A DNA stretch of 64,000 bases from Candidatus Krumholzibacteriia bacterium (GCA_050174015.1 JBFXKG010000009.1:96001-160000), one strand, 5' to 3'. Counted from the first letter of the stretch, positions 19,129-28,474 are shown. Notes: generated by a model from the sequence alone, not told the origin. A program made the numbers and translations.

Positions 19129-21186
19129 GTGACCGGAAGGGACGACAGGGGGCGGGGCGGTCGCGGGACCGCCCCCGCCGGGGCGTTGCGGGGCGCCCTG
19201 CATTACGCCAACGGGCGACTGCTCCGGTGGCAGCGCCTGCTGGTGGGCCTGGTGGCGGCCGCCCTGCTGCCGGTGATGTTCGTCCCCGTGCTTCCCGTGT
19301 GGCGGATCCACATGGTGGCGCCCCAGTACCGCGAGGGCCTGGAGATGCGCATCTACGCCGACGACGTCAGAGGCGACCTGCGGAACATCAACATCCTGAA
19401 CCACTACATCGGCATGCAGCAGATCTCCGCGGAGAACTTCCCGGAGTTCGACTACCTCCCCCAGGCCATCACCGCATTCGGAGCCCTGGCGCTGGTGGCG
19501 GCCTGGGTGGGCCGGCGCTGGCTCGCGTTCCTGGGCTGGCTGGGTTTCTCGGTGTTCGGCACCGTCATGATGATGCACTTCGCGGGATGGATGCACGACT
19601 ACGGGACCAACCTCGACCCCAAGGCCGCCCTGGACTTCGGGGCGTTCACCCCGCCGTTGCTGGGGACCAGCGTCAAGGGCAACTTCGTGGTCAGCTCCTG
19701 GCCCCACGCCGGGGGATACATCCTGGTGATGGCCGGCCTGCTGGGCCCCGTGCTCGCCTTCGCCGACCTGTGGCCGGCGTGGCGGCGCCGCGGGCGCTCC
19801 GGGGCCCTCCTGCTGCCGGCGCTGGGGGCGGGGATCTTCACGGTTTGCGGCGCCCCCGCCTTTGCGGCCGAATTCGTGGACTACCGCCAGGCCCCCCGGA
19901 TCAGTCCCCTGCAGGATCTGGTGACCGCGGCGGCCCCCGGCGATACGTTGACCCTGCCGGTCGGGGTGCATCCCGGGCAACTGGTGATCGACCGGCCCCT
20001 GGTCGTGGTGGGGACCCCCGCGACCGTCCTGGACGGCGAGGGCCGCGGCACCGTGGTGGTCGTCAAGGCCGCGGGCACGGTGCTGCGGGGATTCGCCGTG
20101 CGGAACAGCGGCTACGACCTCCTGCTGGACGACGCGGCGGTGCTGCTCGACGAGTCCGACGGCGTGCTGATCGACCGCCTGGTCATCGAGGACGCCAACC
20201 ACGGCATCTACGTGAGGAACGCCCGGCTGCCGGTGATCCGCGATTGCCGGCTGACCGGCCGGAGGGGCCGGGTCCACCAGGAGAATCACGGCAACGGGGT
20301 CCACGTCTGGCACGCCACCGGGGCGCTCGTCGAGGGCAACGACGTGTCCGCCCACCGCGACGGCATCTACCTGTCCTTCGCCGAGGAGGCCACCGTCACC
20401 GGCAACCTGTTCCACGGCCAGGACCGCTTCGGCCTGCATTCGATGTACAGCCAGCGCAACGTGATCACGGCAAACCTGTTCACGGCCAACACGGCCGGCA
20501 CGGCCCTGATGTTCAGCAACCGCATGCTGATGGAGGGCAACCTGTTCGCCCACAACCGGGGCCACCGGACCTACGGGCTGCTGCTGCGGGACTGCAGCGA
20601 CTCGCGCTTCGTCCACAACCGGCTGGTCGACAACACGGTCGGCCTTTTCCTGGACGGCTCGAACCGCAACACCTTCACGGACAACACGATCTCGGAATCG
20701 GGGTGGGGCGTGATCGCCTACAGCAGCTCCGAGGACAACGCGTTCACCCGCAACAACTTCCTGGACAACGACTACCAGATGTCCCTGGACATGCGCCGCA
20801 CCCGCAACCGCCTGCAGGTGGACGGGGTGGGGAACTTCTGGAGCGACGCCCGCCCCTACGACCTGGACGGCGACGGGCTGGGGGACGCCCCGCACCAGCC
20901 GGTCGGGTTCTTCGCCTTCGTCAGCAAGCAGTTCCCCGACCTGACGGTGTTCGCCGGTTCCCCCGCGATCGTGGCCCTGGACCTGGCCCAGCGCTCCTTG
21001 CCGGCCCTCCAGCTGACCGAACTGATCGACCCGCATCCCCTGCCCGCGCCGGTTGGGCTGCCGCCCTACACGGGGCCTCCGCTCCCGCGGACGGCCGGGA
21101 CCGAGGACGCGGGGCGGTTGCCCCTGGCCCTGGCCTCGCTGGCCGGGTCGGGCGCCGGCCTGGCGGTGCTGCGGAGACGGCGATGA
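19129..21186 (+). CDS. nosD: NosB-like membrane domain fused to NosD (CASH beta-helix)
   Basis: N-terminal WRIHMVAPQYREGL..NINILNHYIGM..PEF..DYGTNLDP; C-terminal GNGVHVW, RDGIY, RFGLHSMYS, GNFWSD..YDLDGDGLGD in one ORF. Confidence 0.88.
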   Translation: MTGRDDRGRGGRGTAPAGALRGALHYANGRLLRWQRLLVGLVAAALLPVMFVPVLPVWRIHMVAPQYREGLEMRIYADDVRGDLRNINILNHYIGMQQISAENFPEFDYLPQAITAFGALALVAAWVGRRWLAFLGWLGFSVFGTVMMMHFAGWMHDYGTNLDPKAALDFGAFTPPLLGTSVKGNFVVSSWPHAGGYILVMAGLLGPVLAFADLWPAWRRRGRSGALLLPALGAGIFTVCGAPAFAAEFVDYRQAPRISPLQDLVTAAAPGDTLTLPVGVHPGQLVIDRPLVVVGTPATVLDGEGRGTVVVVKAAGTVLRGFAVRNSGYDLLLDDAAVLLDESDGVLIDRLVIEDANHGIYVRNARLPVIRDCRLTGRRGRVHQENHGNGVHVWHATGALVEGNDVSAHRDGIYLSFAEEATVTGNLFHGQDRFGLHSMYSQRNVITANLFTANTAGTALMFSNRMLMEGNLFAHNRGHRTYGLLLRDCSDSRFVHNRLVDNTVGLFLDGSNRNTFTDNTISESGWGVIAYSSSEDNAFTRNNFLDNDYQMSLDMRRTRNRLQVDGVGNFWSDARPYDLDGDGLGDAPHQPVGFFAFVSKQFPDLTVFAGSPAIVALDLAQRSLPALQLTELIDPHPLPAPVGLPPYTGPPLPRTAGTEDAGRLPLALASLAGSGAGLAVLRRRR

Positions 21187-21917
21187 TCAAGGCCGCGGGG
21201 CTGCAGAAGAGGTACGGTGCGGTGCTCGCCCTGCGCGGCGTGGACTTCACGGTGCGTGAGGGGGAGACCTTCGGCATCATCGGCCCCAACGGCGCGGGCA
21301 AGACCACCCTGCTGAAGGTGCTGCTCGGGCTGGTGCGGCCGGATTCCGGAACCGTGGCCATCGCCGGGGTGGATCTGGCCGCCGATCCGGTGCGCCTGAG
21401 GCGGTCGGTGGGCTACGTGCCCCAGCGGGACGGGTTCGACGAGGGGGCCACGGGGCGGGAAGCCCTGGGATTCCTGGCCGGACTGCGCGGTGTGCCTCGG
21501 GCCGAGGTCGCCGAGCGCGCCGCGGCGGTGGGCGTCGGCAAGCTCCTGGACCGCCCGGTGGGGACGCTGTCCGGCGGCCAGCGCCAGCGCCTGAGCGTGG
21601 CGGCCTCCCTGCTTGGCGATCCGCCGGTCCTGCTGCTGGACGAGCCCACGGCCAGCCTGGATCCCCGCGCGACCGCCGCATTCCGGGCCCTGATTTCCGA
21701 GCTGGCCGCGGCGGGACGGACCGTCGTGCTCTGCTCGCACCTCCTGGACGACGTGGAGCGCCTGTGCGGGCGCGTGATGGTGTTGCTGGACGGCAGGGTG
21801 GCGGCCGTCGAGACGGTGGACCGCGAGGCCGCGGCCCGGCCCCCCGGGGGGCTGGAAGCCCGTTTCCTGGCGGCGGTGGGCGCGGAGGAGGAGGATGACG
21901 ATGACGATCACGAGTAG
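21183..21917 (+). CDS. nosF: ABC ATPase NosF
   Basis: GPNGAGKTT, LSGGQRQR, LLDEP, SH; nos context. Confidence 0.88.
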   Translation: MIKAAGLQKRYGAVLALRGVDFTVREGETFGIIGPNGAGKTTLLKVLLGLVRPDSGTVAIAGVDLAADPVRLRRSVGYVPQRDGFDEGATGREALGFLAGLRGVPRAEVAERAAAVGVGKLLDRPVGTLSGGQRQRLSVAASLLGDPPVLLLDEPTASLDPRATAAFRALISELAAAGRTVVLCSHLLDDVERLCGRVMVLLDGRVAAVETVDREAAARPPGGLEARFLAAVGAEEEDDDDDHE

Positions 21918-22365
21918 GATTCCGGCGGTTCTGGTCCTGGCTGCGGCGGCTTGGATGGGCTGCGGTGGCGCCGGGGACGACGGCCCGCCCGACCTGTCCG
22001 GCGGCGACCTGCGCTGCTCCGCCTGCGGCATGGCCGTGGCCGATCCCCGCTACGCCGCCGCCATCCGCACCCCCGAAGGGGGGATCGCGGCCTACGACGC
22101 CATCGAGTGCGCCGTGCGCGATCTGCGGACGCGGACCGGCGCGCGCGCCCCGGCGGAAATCTGGCTGTCGGATATGCCCACGGCCGCGTTGCGTCCGGCG
22201 TCCGGGATGACCGTGGTCCTGGCGGACTTCCCCTCGCCCATGGGCGGCGGCTACGCCGCGTTCGCCGATCCGTCGGTGGCCGCCGCCGAGACCGAACGCC
22301 GGGCCGGAGTGGCGGGCTCCCTCGAGCAGTTCGTCGCCGGGGCCCTGCGCCGGCCGGGGAACTGA
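21901..22365 (+). CDS. nosL: Copper chaperone lipoprotein NosL
   Basis: Lipobox WMGC, CSACGM, DAIEC, SPMGGG. Confidence 0.85.
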   Translation: MTITSRIPAVLVLAAAAWMGCGGAGDDGPPDLSGGDLRCSACGMAVADPRYAAAIRTPEGGIAAYDAIECAVRDLRTRTGARAPAEIWLSDMPTAALRPASGMTVVLADFPSPMGGGYAAFADPSVAAAETERRAGVAGSLEQFVAGALRRPGN

Positions 22366-22367
22366 GC

Positions 22368-22781
22368 GTGAAGGGACTGGGCATGGTAGCCCTGGCGGCG
22401 CTGGTCGGAGCATTGGGCCTGGCCCTGCTGGGCGACCGGCTGGGCCAGGGCAACCTGCAGGAGGCGCCGCCTTTGGCTGCGCCCGTCCATGAGGCGGCCA
22501 TCGAGCTGACCGCCGACGGCATGGTCCCCCCCAAGCTGCGGGTGCCCAAGGACCACGAGCTGCACCTGCTCGTCAGGGCGGCCCCCGACGCTCCCGAGGG
22601 AATCCTCACGATCGGCGGCTACCCCGATCCGTCGGTCGCGGTGGACATCGGACCGGGCTCGTCCCGGGAGATGGTCTTCCTGTGCGACCGGCCGGGAGAC
22701 GACTTCGCCTTCCTGCTGGGGGGCCGGGTGGTCGGCCGCCTGGAAGTCACCGGCAGCCATCTCGAGGACGGTCACCAGTGA
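22368..22781 (+). CDS. Exported protein, cupredoxin-like
   Basis: N-terminal TM or signal; 'GMVPPKLRVPKD', 'DRPGD..F', 'GRLEV' pattern; coupled to nosY. Confidence 0.6.
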   Translation: MKGLGMVALAALVGALGLALLGDRLGQGNLQEAPPLAAPVHEAAIELTADGMVPPKLRVPKDHELHLLVRAAPDAPEGILTIGGYPDPSVAVDIGPGSSREMVFLCDRPGDDFAFLLGGRVVGRLEVTGSHLEDGHQ

Positions 22782-23599
22782 ACGGGTGTTTGATCGTGGC
22801 GGGCGAGAGCCTTCGCCGGGTGTCGGCCGCCCGGGCGATCCTGCTGTTCGCCGTGCTGTTCGGCGCCCTGGCCCTGGGGCTCAGCTTCTTCGGCCTGGCC
22901 GGGCAGAGGGCGTCGGGGTTCCAGGGCTTCGCCCGCCTGACCGCGAGCCTGCTCAACCTGGTGGTCTACGTGGTCCCCCTGATGGCCCTGATGGTGGGCA
23001 CCACCGAGGTGGCGGGCCGCCTGCACCACCTGTCGGTGGTCCTGGCCCAGCCGGTGGGCCGGACGGCGGTGCTGCTGGGCAACTACCTGGGCGTGGCCGG
23101 GGCCTTGGCGGCCGCCCTGGTGATCGGCCTGGGTGCGGCCGGGGTGCTGGTGGCCCTGCAGACCTCGACCGCCTCGGTCGGCGGGTTCCTGGCCCTGGTG
23201 GCCACGGCCCTGGCGATGCTGCTGGCGTTCCTCGCCGTGGCGTTCCTGCTGGGGGTGGTGTTCCTGGACCGGCTGCGGGCCATGGGCGCGGCGGTGGTGT
23301 TCTGGTTCGCGGCCGTGGTGGGGTACGACCTGGCCGTGATCGGCGTCAGCTCCCTGCTGAAGGGGGTGGCGCTGAAGACCGTCCTGCTGCCGGCGATCCT
23401 CCTCAATCCGGTGGACCTGGCCCGGGTCATCGTGACCCTGGCCGGGGGCCGGGGCGCCCTCTTCGGGCCTGCGGGAGCCGCCCTGGTGGACGTGTTCGGG
23501 GGACCGGGGGGGACCGCCCTGGCGGCGGGGGCCCTGGCGATGCACGTCCTGCTGCCGCTCGGGGCGGCGGTTGCGGTGTTCCGGAGGAGGGATCTGTAG
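22778..23599 (+). CDS. nosY: ABC permease NosY
   Basis: SLLNLVVYVVPL, LAQPVGR, GYD, LLNPVDLAR, FRRRDL. Confidence 0.88.
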   Translation: MNGCLIVAGESLRRVSAARAILLFAVLFGALALGLSFFGLAGQRASGFQGFARLTASLLNLVVYVVPLMALMVGTTEVAGRLHHLSVVLAQPVGRTAVLLGNYLGVAGALAAALVIGLGAAGVLVALQTSTASVGGFLALVATALAMLLAFLAVAFLLGVVFLDRLRAMGAAVVFWFAAVVGYDLAVIGVSSLLKGVALKTVLLPAILLNPVDLARVIVTLAGGRGALFGPAGAALVDVFGGPGGTALAAGALAMHVLLPLGAAVAVFRRRDL

Positions 23600-24006
23600 G
23601 GTCCGCTTTCCTGGGGACGGAGGGAAGGCACCACCAAGAGAGACACCCATCTCGTGAAAGGACGATCGAATCAGCCTACGCGCATCGCCCATGGGCATGC
23701 AATCAATAGGCCGATTTTTTACAGCAGCGCCTTTCATTTGATAAATAAATTCGCCGATAGGTTCATTTGAACCCTTCCGCGATATGATTTTTCAAATTCG
23801 GAAACACCACCCGGCTGGTGTCGTTTGTGCAACGGAAATGAATTTCCAACAAGTCCCGAAACTGATGTCTGGATGCCGGATTTGATCGCGAAAGTTGTTC
23901 AGATGTGAATGAATTGGGGTCAATCAGCAGCTTATCGCCGTCTCCTGGGGTAACCTTGAGTGAAGCCCTGGCGGTGGCCGATAATGGTCCCGGGACAACC
24001 CCGATG

Positions 24007-24960
24007 TCATTGCCCTGAAGTTGTCCGCGTAGCGGCCTTGACCCCCCGCAACCCGTCCCGCGCCGAATCCCCCAGCCGCCCCATGGCGTAGATCACGAGC
24101 ATCGCCAGCAGCATCCCCGCCGCCACGTCCACGACGTAGTGGTAGCGGCAGTAGACCGTCGACATGCACAGCAGGACGAACAGCAGGGTCATCCACCAGC
24201 GGTGGCGGGGGAACCATACCCAGGTATGCCACCAGGGGATGAACGAGGCCGCCACGTGGGACGAGGGGAACGCGGCGCCGAGGATGGCGCCGTTGTCGTG
24301 GATGTGGCGCATGATGTCCGTGAAGATCCAGCCGCCCACGTCCACGTACCCCGCGCGGAAGTACTTGGGCCCCCAGGCCGGGAACAGGGTGTAGAGCGTG
24401 TAGCAGATGAGCATGACCGCGCTGAGGTCGCGCACGAAGGCGCGCACGGCGTCCCAGCGAAGGTCGCGGGGGACGCCGCGGGCCCGGAACACCAGCACCA
24501 GGAAGATCACCGCCAGGAAGTAGTAGCTGAAGTAGGCGAACTCCATCAGCTCGTGGAACCAGGGCCAGGGCCACACGTGCGACCATTCCAGGCTCGGCTG
24601 GAAGCCGAAGATCTTCTGCTCCAGGTCGATCAGGGCGGGATCCAGGCTGTTCTCGAAGTCGAAGAAGATCAGGCCCAGGTACTCCATCTCGGCGTAGAAC
24701 ATGGGGAAGATGGCCGGCAGATAGGCCTCGCCGAGGATGCGCGGCAGGAACCGGCGGCGAGACCGCAGCCAGGGCGGGATGAACCAGATGGCCAGCGCCA
24801 GGGCGCCGTGCACCAGGGCGTTGGTCCACGGGCTGGGAAAGACCGAAGGCTTCAGGACCGGATAGAAGGCGCTGATCAGCAGGTAGGCCACGGCGTAGCG
24901 GTCGATGTTCATCCGCCGCAGGGACAGGTGGGTCAGCCGCCTCTTCAGGGTCACAGCCAT
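24007..24960 (-). CDS. PAP2-superfamily Aur1/Ipt1-like phosphotransferase
   Basis: Multi-TM; AYFSYY, PAWGP, AFPSSH, STVYCRYHYVVDV. Confidence 0.82.
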   Translation of the reverse strand: MAVTLKRRLTHLSLRRMNIDRYAVAYLLISAFYPVLKPSVFPSPWTNALVHGALALAIWFIPPWLRSRRRFLPRILGEAYLPAIFPMFYAEMEYLGLIFFDFENSLDPALIDLEQKIFGFQPSLEWSHVWPWPWFHELMEFAYFSYYFLAVIFLVLVFRARGVPRDLRWDAVRAFVRDLSAVMLICYTLYTLFPAWGPKYFRAGYVDVGGWIFTDIMRHIHDNGAILGAAFPSSHVAASFIPWWHTWVWFPRHRWWMTLLFVLLCMSTVYCRYHYVVDVAAGMLLAMLVIYAMGRLGDSARDGLRGVKAATRTTSGQ

Positions 24961-25958
24961 CCTTCTTCCCGGTAGAAGGCCAGGGCGTCGGCAAGGCCGG
25001 GGCCCAGGCGGTATCGCGCCGAAAATCCCGTCGCCTCGCGCAGGCGCGACCCGTCGCACGCCCAGCCCGGGACCTCCAGGTCGCGAATCCGGTCGCGGCG
25101 CAGGACCGACACCCCGCCGCCCGTCAGGGGTCTCAGGATCGCGGCGACCGTCCTGAGCAGTCCCAGGGGGATCACCACGGTGCGCACCCGCCGGCCGCAG
25201 GCTTCGCCCAGGGCATCGGCCAGCTCGGCCCAGGTGTAGCCGGCCCGGCCGTCGTCCACGAAGAACGTCCCGGTGGCCGCGGGGGTTGCGACCAGGGCCA
25301 CGGCGGCCCGGGCGGCGTCGCGGCCGTCCACCAGGGACAAGCCCTGCATGGGACCGGAAAAGCGGGCCGTCCAGCCCCGCCGGGCGGCCCTGAGCAGAGG
25401 CAGGAAGCCCCGGTCGCGCGGTCCGTAGAGGGCGGGCGGGCGCAGGACCAGGCACCGGAAGGGCCAGCCGCGGCCGACCAGTTCCTCGGCGGCCGCCTTG
25501 CTGCGGCCGTAGCCGGTGATCGGGCGGCAGGGGGCCTCCTCGCGGGCGGGGCGGTCCAGGCCCGCGGGCCCGTGCGCGGCGAGGCTGGACACCAGCAGGA
25601 AGGTTTGGCGGCCTGCGCCCTCGGCCCAGGTTTCACGGCAGGCCTCCAGCAACACCCCGGTCGAGTGCACGTTGGCCTGGAAGTAGGCCGCCTCGGAATC
25701 GGCGGCGACGAGGCCGGCGCAGTGGATGACCGCCGCGGCATCCCGGACGAACGACCGGCAGGCCTCCGGCGATCCCAGATCGACGTCGACGATCTCCAGC
25801 CCCTTGCCGGAGAGCCGGCGGCGATCGCTGGTCGGCCGCACGGCGCACCGCACGCGCCACCCGGCCTCCAGAAGCGCGTCGGCGATGTGGCTGCCGAGGA
25901 ACCCGCTGCCGCCGGTCAGGGCGGCCAGGGGCCCACCGAAGCCTGCGCCGGTGCTCAT
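24951..25958 (-). CDS. Extended-SDR NAD(P) epimerase/reductase (candidate ceramide reductase CerR)
   Basis: TGGSGFLG, VSSLAA, YGRSK, RPPALYGPRD; overlaps both neighbours. Confidence 0.82.
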   Translation of the reverse strand: MSTGAGFGGPLAALTGGSGFLGSHIADALLEAGWRVRCAVRPTSDRRRLSGKGLEIVDVDLGSPEACRSFVRDAAAVIHCAGLVAADSEAAYFQANVHSTGVLLEACRETWAEGAGRQTFLLVSSLAAHGPAGLDRPAREEAPCRPITGYGRSKAAAEELVGRGWPFRCLVLRPPALYGPRDRGFLPLLRAARRGWTARFSGPMQGLSLVDGRDAARAAVALVATPAATGTFFVDDGRAGYTWAELADALGEACGRRVRTVVIPLGLLRTVAAILRPLTGGGVSVLRRDRIRDLEVPGWACDGSRLREATGFSARYRLGPGLADALAFYREEGWL

Positions 25959-27082
25959 CCCACCGCCCGTTCGTAGACCCGGTAGGTCTTGTAACGGTCG
26001 CCGCCGTAGCCCTCGAGGATGCGGTTCATGGGGATGTTGTCCTCGAGGATCCACGAGCACTCGCCGGCGGTGATGCCGCGGGCGAAGGCGGCCTGCATGG
26101 TCCGGAAGACCATGGCCACGTCCACGCCCAGCTTGCGGTGCTCGTGCAGTACGCCCATCAGCGGAGTGCGCGCGTACCGGATGCGCCTCTTGGCCAGCAG
26201 GAACTTCAGCCAGCCGAAGGGCAGCAGCCTGCCCTTCAGGGGCTGCAGGGCCTGGTTGAAGTCGGGGATGGTCAGGCTGAACCCGATGGGCTTGCCGTCC
26301 AGCTCGGCGATGAGCAGGAACTCGGGGTCGACCATGGACTTCATGTCCTTGGCCATGTAGGCGAACTCCGCGTCGTCCATGGGGATGAACCCCCAGTTGC
26401 GGCTCCAGCATTCGTTGTAGAGCTCCCGGACCAGCCCGGCCTCGGCGGAGAAGTTCTTCATGTCGAAGGGACGGATCACCAGACCCGGCCGCTCGAGGAT
26501 GCGGTCGATCATCTGCCGCATCTTGTCCGGGATCTCCCCGCGGGTGCGGATCTCCCAGGCGAACAAATCTTTGACCCCGGTCAGGCCGAAATCCTCGAGT
26601 TGCTTCTCGTAGTAGCGGGGATTGTAGGGCATGCCCAGCACGGGCCGGTTGAATCTGCCGGCGACCTGCAGCCCGTACCAGTCGTGGTTCGAGGTGAAGC
26701 AGCCGGGGCCGCGCATGACCTCCATGCCCCGCCCGGCGATCCAGTCCCGGGAGGTCTCGAGCAGGGCGGCCGCGGCCTCCGCGTCGTCCTCGACCTCGTA
26801 GAAGCCGAAGAACCCCACCTTCTCGTTCCAGTGCTCGTTGTTGTAGCGATCGACGCAGGCGGCGATGCGCCCGATGATCCGACCGTCCCGGAGGGCGAGC
26901 CAGAGCTGTGACTCGGCGTGGTCGTGGAAGGGGTTCTTCTTCCTGTCGAAGAAGTGCTTCTGTTCGCTCAGCAGGGGGAAGACCTGGTTGGGGTCGTCGC
27001 GGTAGATGCGGTGCGGGACCTTCAGGAAGGCGTCCAGTTCGGCCGGGGACTGCACCGGCTGGATGGTCACGGCCATGGTCAT
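25955..27082 (-). CDS. Tandem-GNAT protein, bacterial ceramide synthase (bCerS)-like
   Basis: GRIAA, GFFGFYE, MRGP, MPYNPRYY, WSRNWGFIPM, PDFN, SWILEDN, YKTYRVYE. Confidence 0.8.
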   Translation of the reverse strand: MTMAVTIQPVQSPAELDAFLKVPHRIYRDDPNQVFPLLSEQKHFFDRKKNPFHDHAESQLWLALRDGRIIGRIAACVDRYNNEHWNEKVGFFGFYEVEDDAEAAAALLETSRDWIAGRGMEVMRGPGCFTSNHDWYGLQVAGRFNRPVLGMPYNPRYYEKQLEDFGLTGVKDLFAWEIRTRGEIPDKMRQMIDRILERPGLVIRPFDMKNFSAEAGLVRELYNECWSRNWGFIPMDDAEFAYMAKDMKSMVDPEFLLIAELDGKPIGFSLTIPDFNQALQPLKGRLLPFGWLKFLLAKRRIRYARTPLMGVLHEHRKLGVDVAMVFRTMQAAFARGITAGECSWILEDNIPMNRILEGYGGDRYKTYRVYERAVG

Positions 27083-27146
27083 GCTCCTTGTGGGAAAGCC
27101 CGGGCCCCCTGCGGGATCCCGGGCTGTTCGAGCGGCAAGCCCCGGA

Positions 27147-28331
27147 TCAGGCGGGGATGATCCCCAGTTCCCTGCCCACCTTGACCATGATGTCCATGGC
27201 CTTGTGGATCTCGTCCTCGGTGTGCGTGGCCATCAGGCTCAGGCGGATCAGGGCGTTGCCCTGCTCCACCGCGGGGCTGACCACCGGGTTGACGAAGACG
27301 CCCTCGTCGATGAGCCGGCGGCACATCCGGAAGGCCATCATGTCCTCGCCCACCACGGCGGGGATGATGGGCGTCTCGCTGGGCCCGGTGTCGAAGCCGG
27401 CGTCATCGAGGCGCTCCCGCATGATGTCGTTGTTCCGCCAGAGGGCCTCGTGCCGCCAGGTCTCCTCGAGCATGACGTCCACCGCCGCGGAGACCGAGGC
27501 CACCGAGGCGGGAGGCATGCTGGCCGAGAACATCAGGGCCCGGGCCACGTGCTGGATGTAGTGGATGGTGTCCGCGTCGCTGGCGATGAAGCCGCCGACC
27601 GAGGCCAGGGACTTGCTGAAGGTCCCCATGATCAGCTGGACCTGGTCCGTGAGGCCGAAGTGGTTGCAGGTGCCGCGGCCCTGCTCCCCGAGGACGCCCA
27701 CTCCGTGGGCGTCGTCCACCATCACCACCGCGTCGTACTTGCGGGCCAGTTCCACGATCCGGGGCAACCGGGCGATGTCGCCCTCCATGGAGAACACGCC
27801 GTCCACGATGATCAGCTTGTTCAGGCCCAGGTCGTTCTTAAGGACGAGTTCCAGGTTCTCCATGTCGTTGTGCTTGAATTTGCGCACGTCGGCGAAGCTG
27901 AGCCGGGCGCCGTCGATGATGGAGGCGTGGTCGGTGCGGTCGACGACGATGATCTCGTTGCGGCCGGCCAGGGAGCTCAGGACCCCCTGGTTGACCATGA
28001 ACCCGGTGGAAAAGACCAGGGCCTTCTCCTTGCCGACCAGGGCGGCCAGCTTCTCCTCGAGTTCGATGTGGATGTCCAGGGTCCCGTTGAGGAAGCGGGA
28101 CCCGGCGCAGCCGGTCCCGTACTTGGCGATCGCCTCCCGGGCGGCTTCCTTGACCCGGGGGTGGTTCGTCAACCCCAGGTAGTTGTTGCTGCCCAGCATG
28201 ATGACTTCCCGACCCTTGTAGCGGACCGTGTTCTCCTGGGCCGATTCGATGACCCTGAAGTAGTTGTACAGGTCGGCGGCCATCAGGTCCTTGGCCGGAC
28301 GGAATTGGTGAACCTTGTCGAGAAGCCCCAT
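27147..28331 (-). CDS. spt: Serine palmitoyltransferase-like alpha-oxoamine synthase
   Basis: YNYFRVIES, GSNNYLGLT, GTGCAGSRFLNGT, DHASIIDG, DDAHG, GTFSKSLASVGG, FSAS. Confidence 0.85.
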   Translation of the reverse strand: MGLLDKVHQFRPAKDLMAADLYNYFRVIESAQENTVRYKGREVIMLGSNNYLGLTNHPRVKEAAREAIAKYGTGCAGSRFLNGTLDIHIELEEKLAALVGKEKALVFSTGFMVNQGVLSSLAGRNEIIVVDRTDHASIIDGARLSFADVRKFKHNDMENLELVLKNDLGLNKLIIVDGVFSMEGDIARLPRIVELARKYDAVVMVDDAHGVGVLGEQGRGTCNHFGLTDQVQLIMGTFSKSLASVGGFIASDADTIHYIQHVARALMFSASMPPASVASVSAAVDVMLEETWRHEALWRNNDIMRERLDDAGFDTGPSETPIIPAVVGEDMMAFRMCRRLIDEGVFVNPVVSPAVEQGNALIRLSLMATHTEDEIHKAMDIMVKVGRELGIIPA

Positions 28332-28474
28332 GCGTTTCCACTTCCTTGAAATAACAAAGAGCGAGGGCGCTTCACGCCCCGCCTTCCGGATCCTGAGGCT
28401 CAGAAAATAGCCCCCTGCCGGGATCCAGACAACTAGAAAACCTCGGCGGCGGGGGGAGGTCCCCGCCCGTGCTT

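Noticed and set aside
19227..21182. Apparent 896-aa NosF
   Set aside because: Shadow frame; the ATPase starts at 21183 via an ATGA overlap.
23600..23930. Riboswitch, tRNA or CRISPR leader in the AT-rich gap
   Set aside because: No cloverleaf, no repeat-spacer array and no aptamer consensus that I can recognise.
27147..28331. BioF (biotin) or Kbl assignment
   Set aside because: No bio or tdh genes nearby; GTFSKS, the N-terminal YFR motif and GNAT/SDR neighbours favour Spt, though this is not formally excluded.
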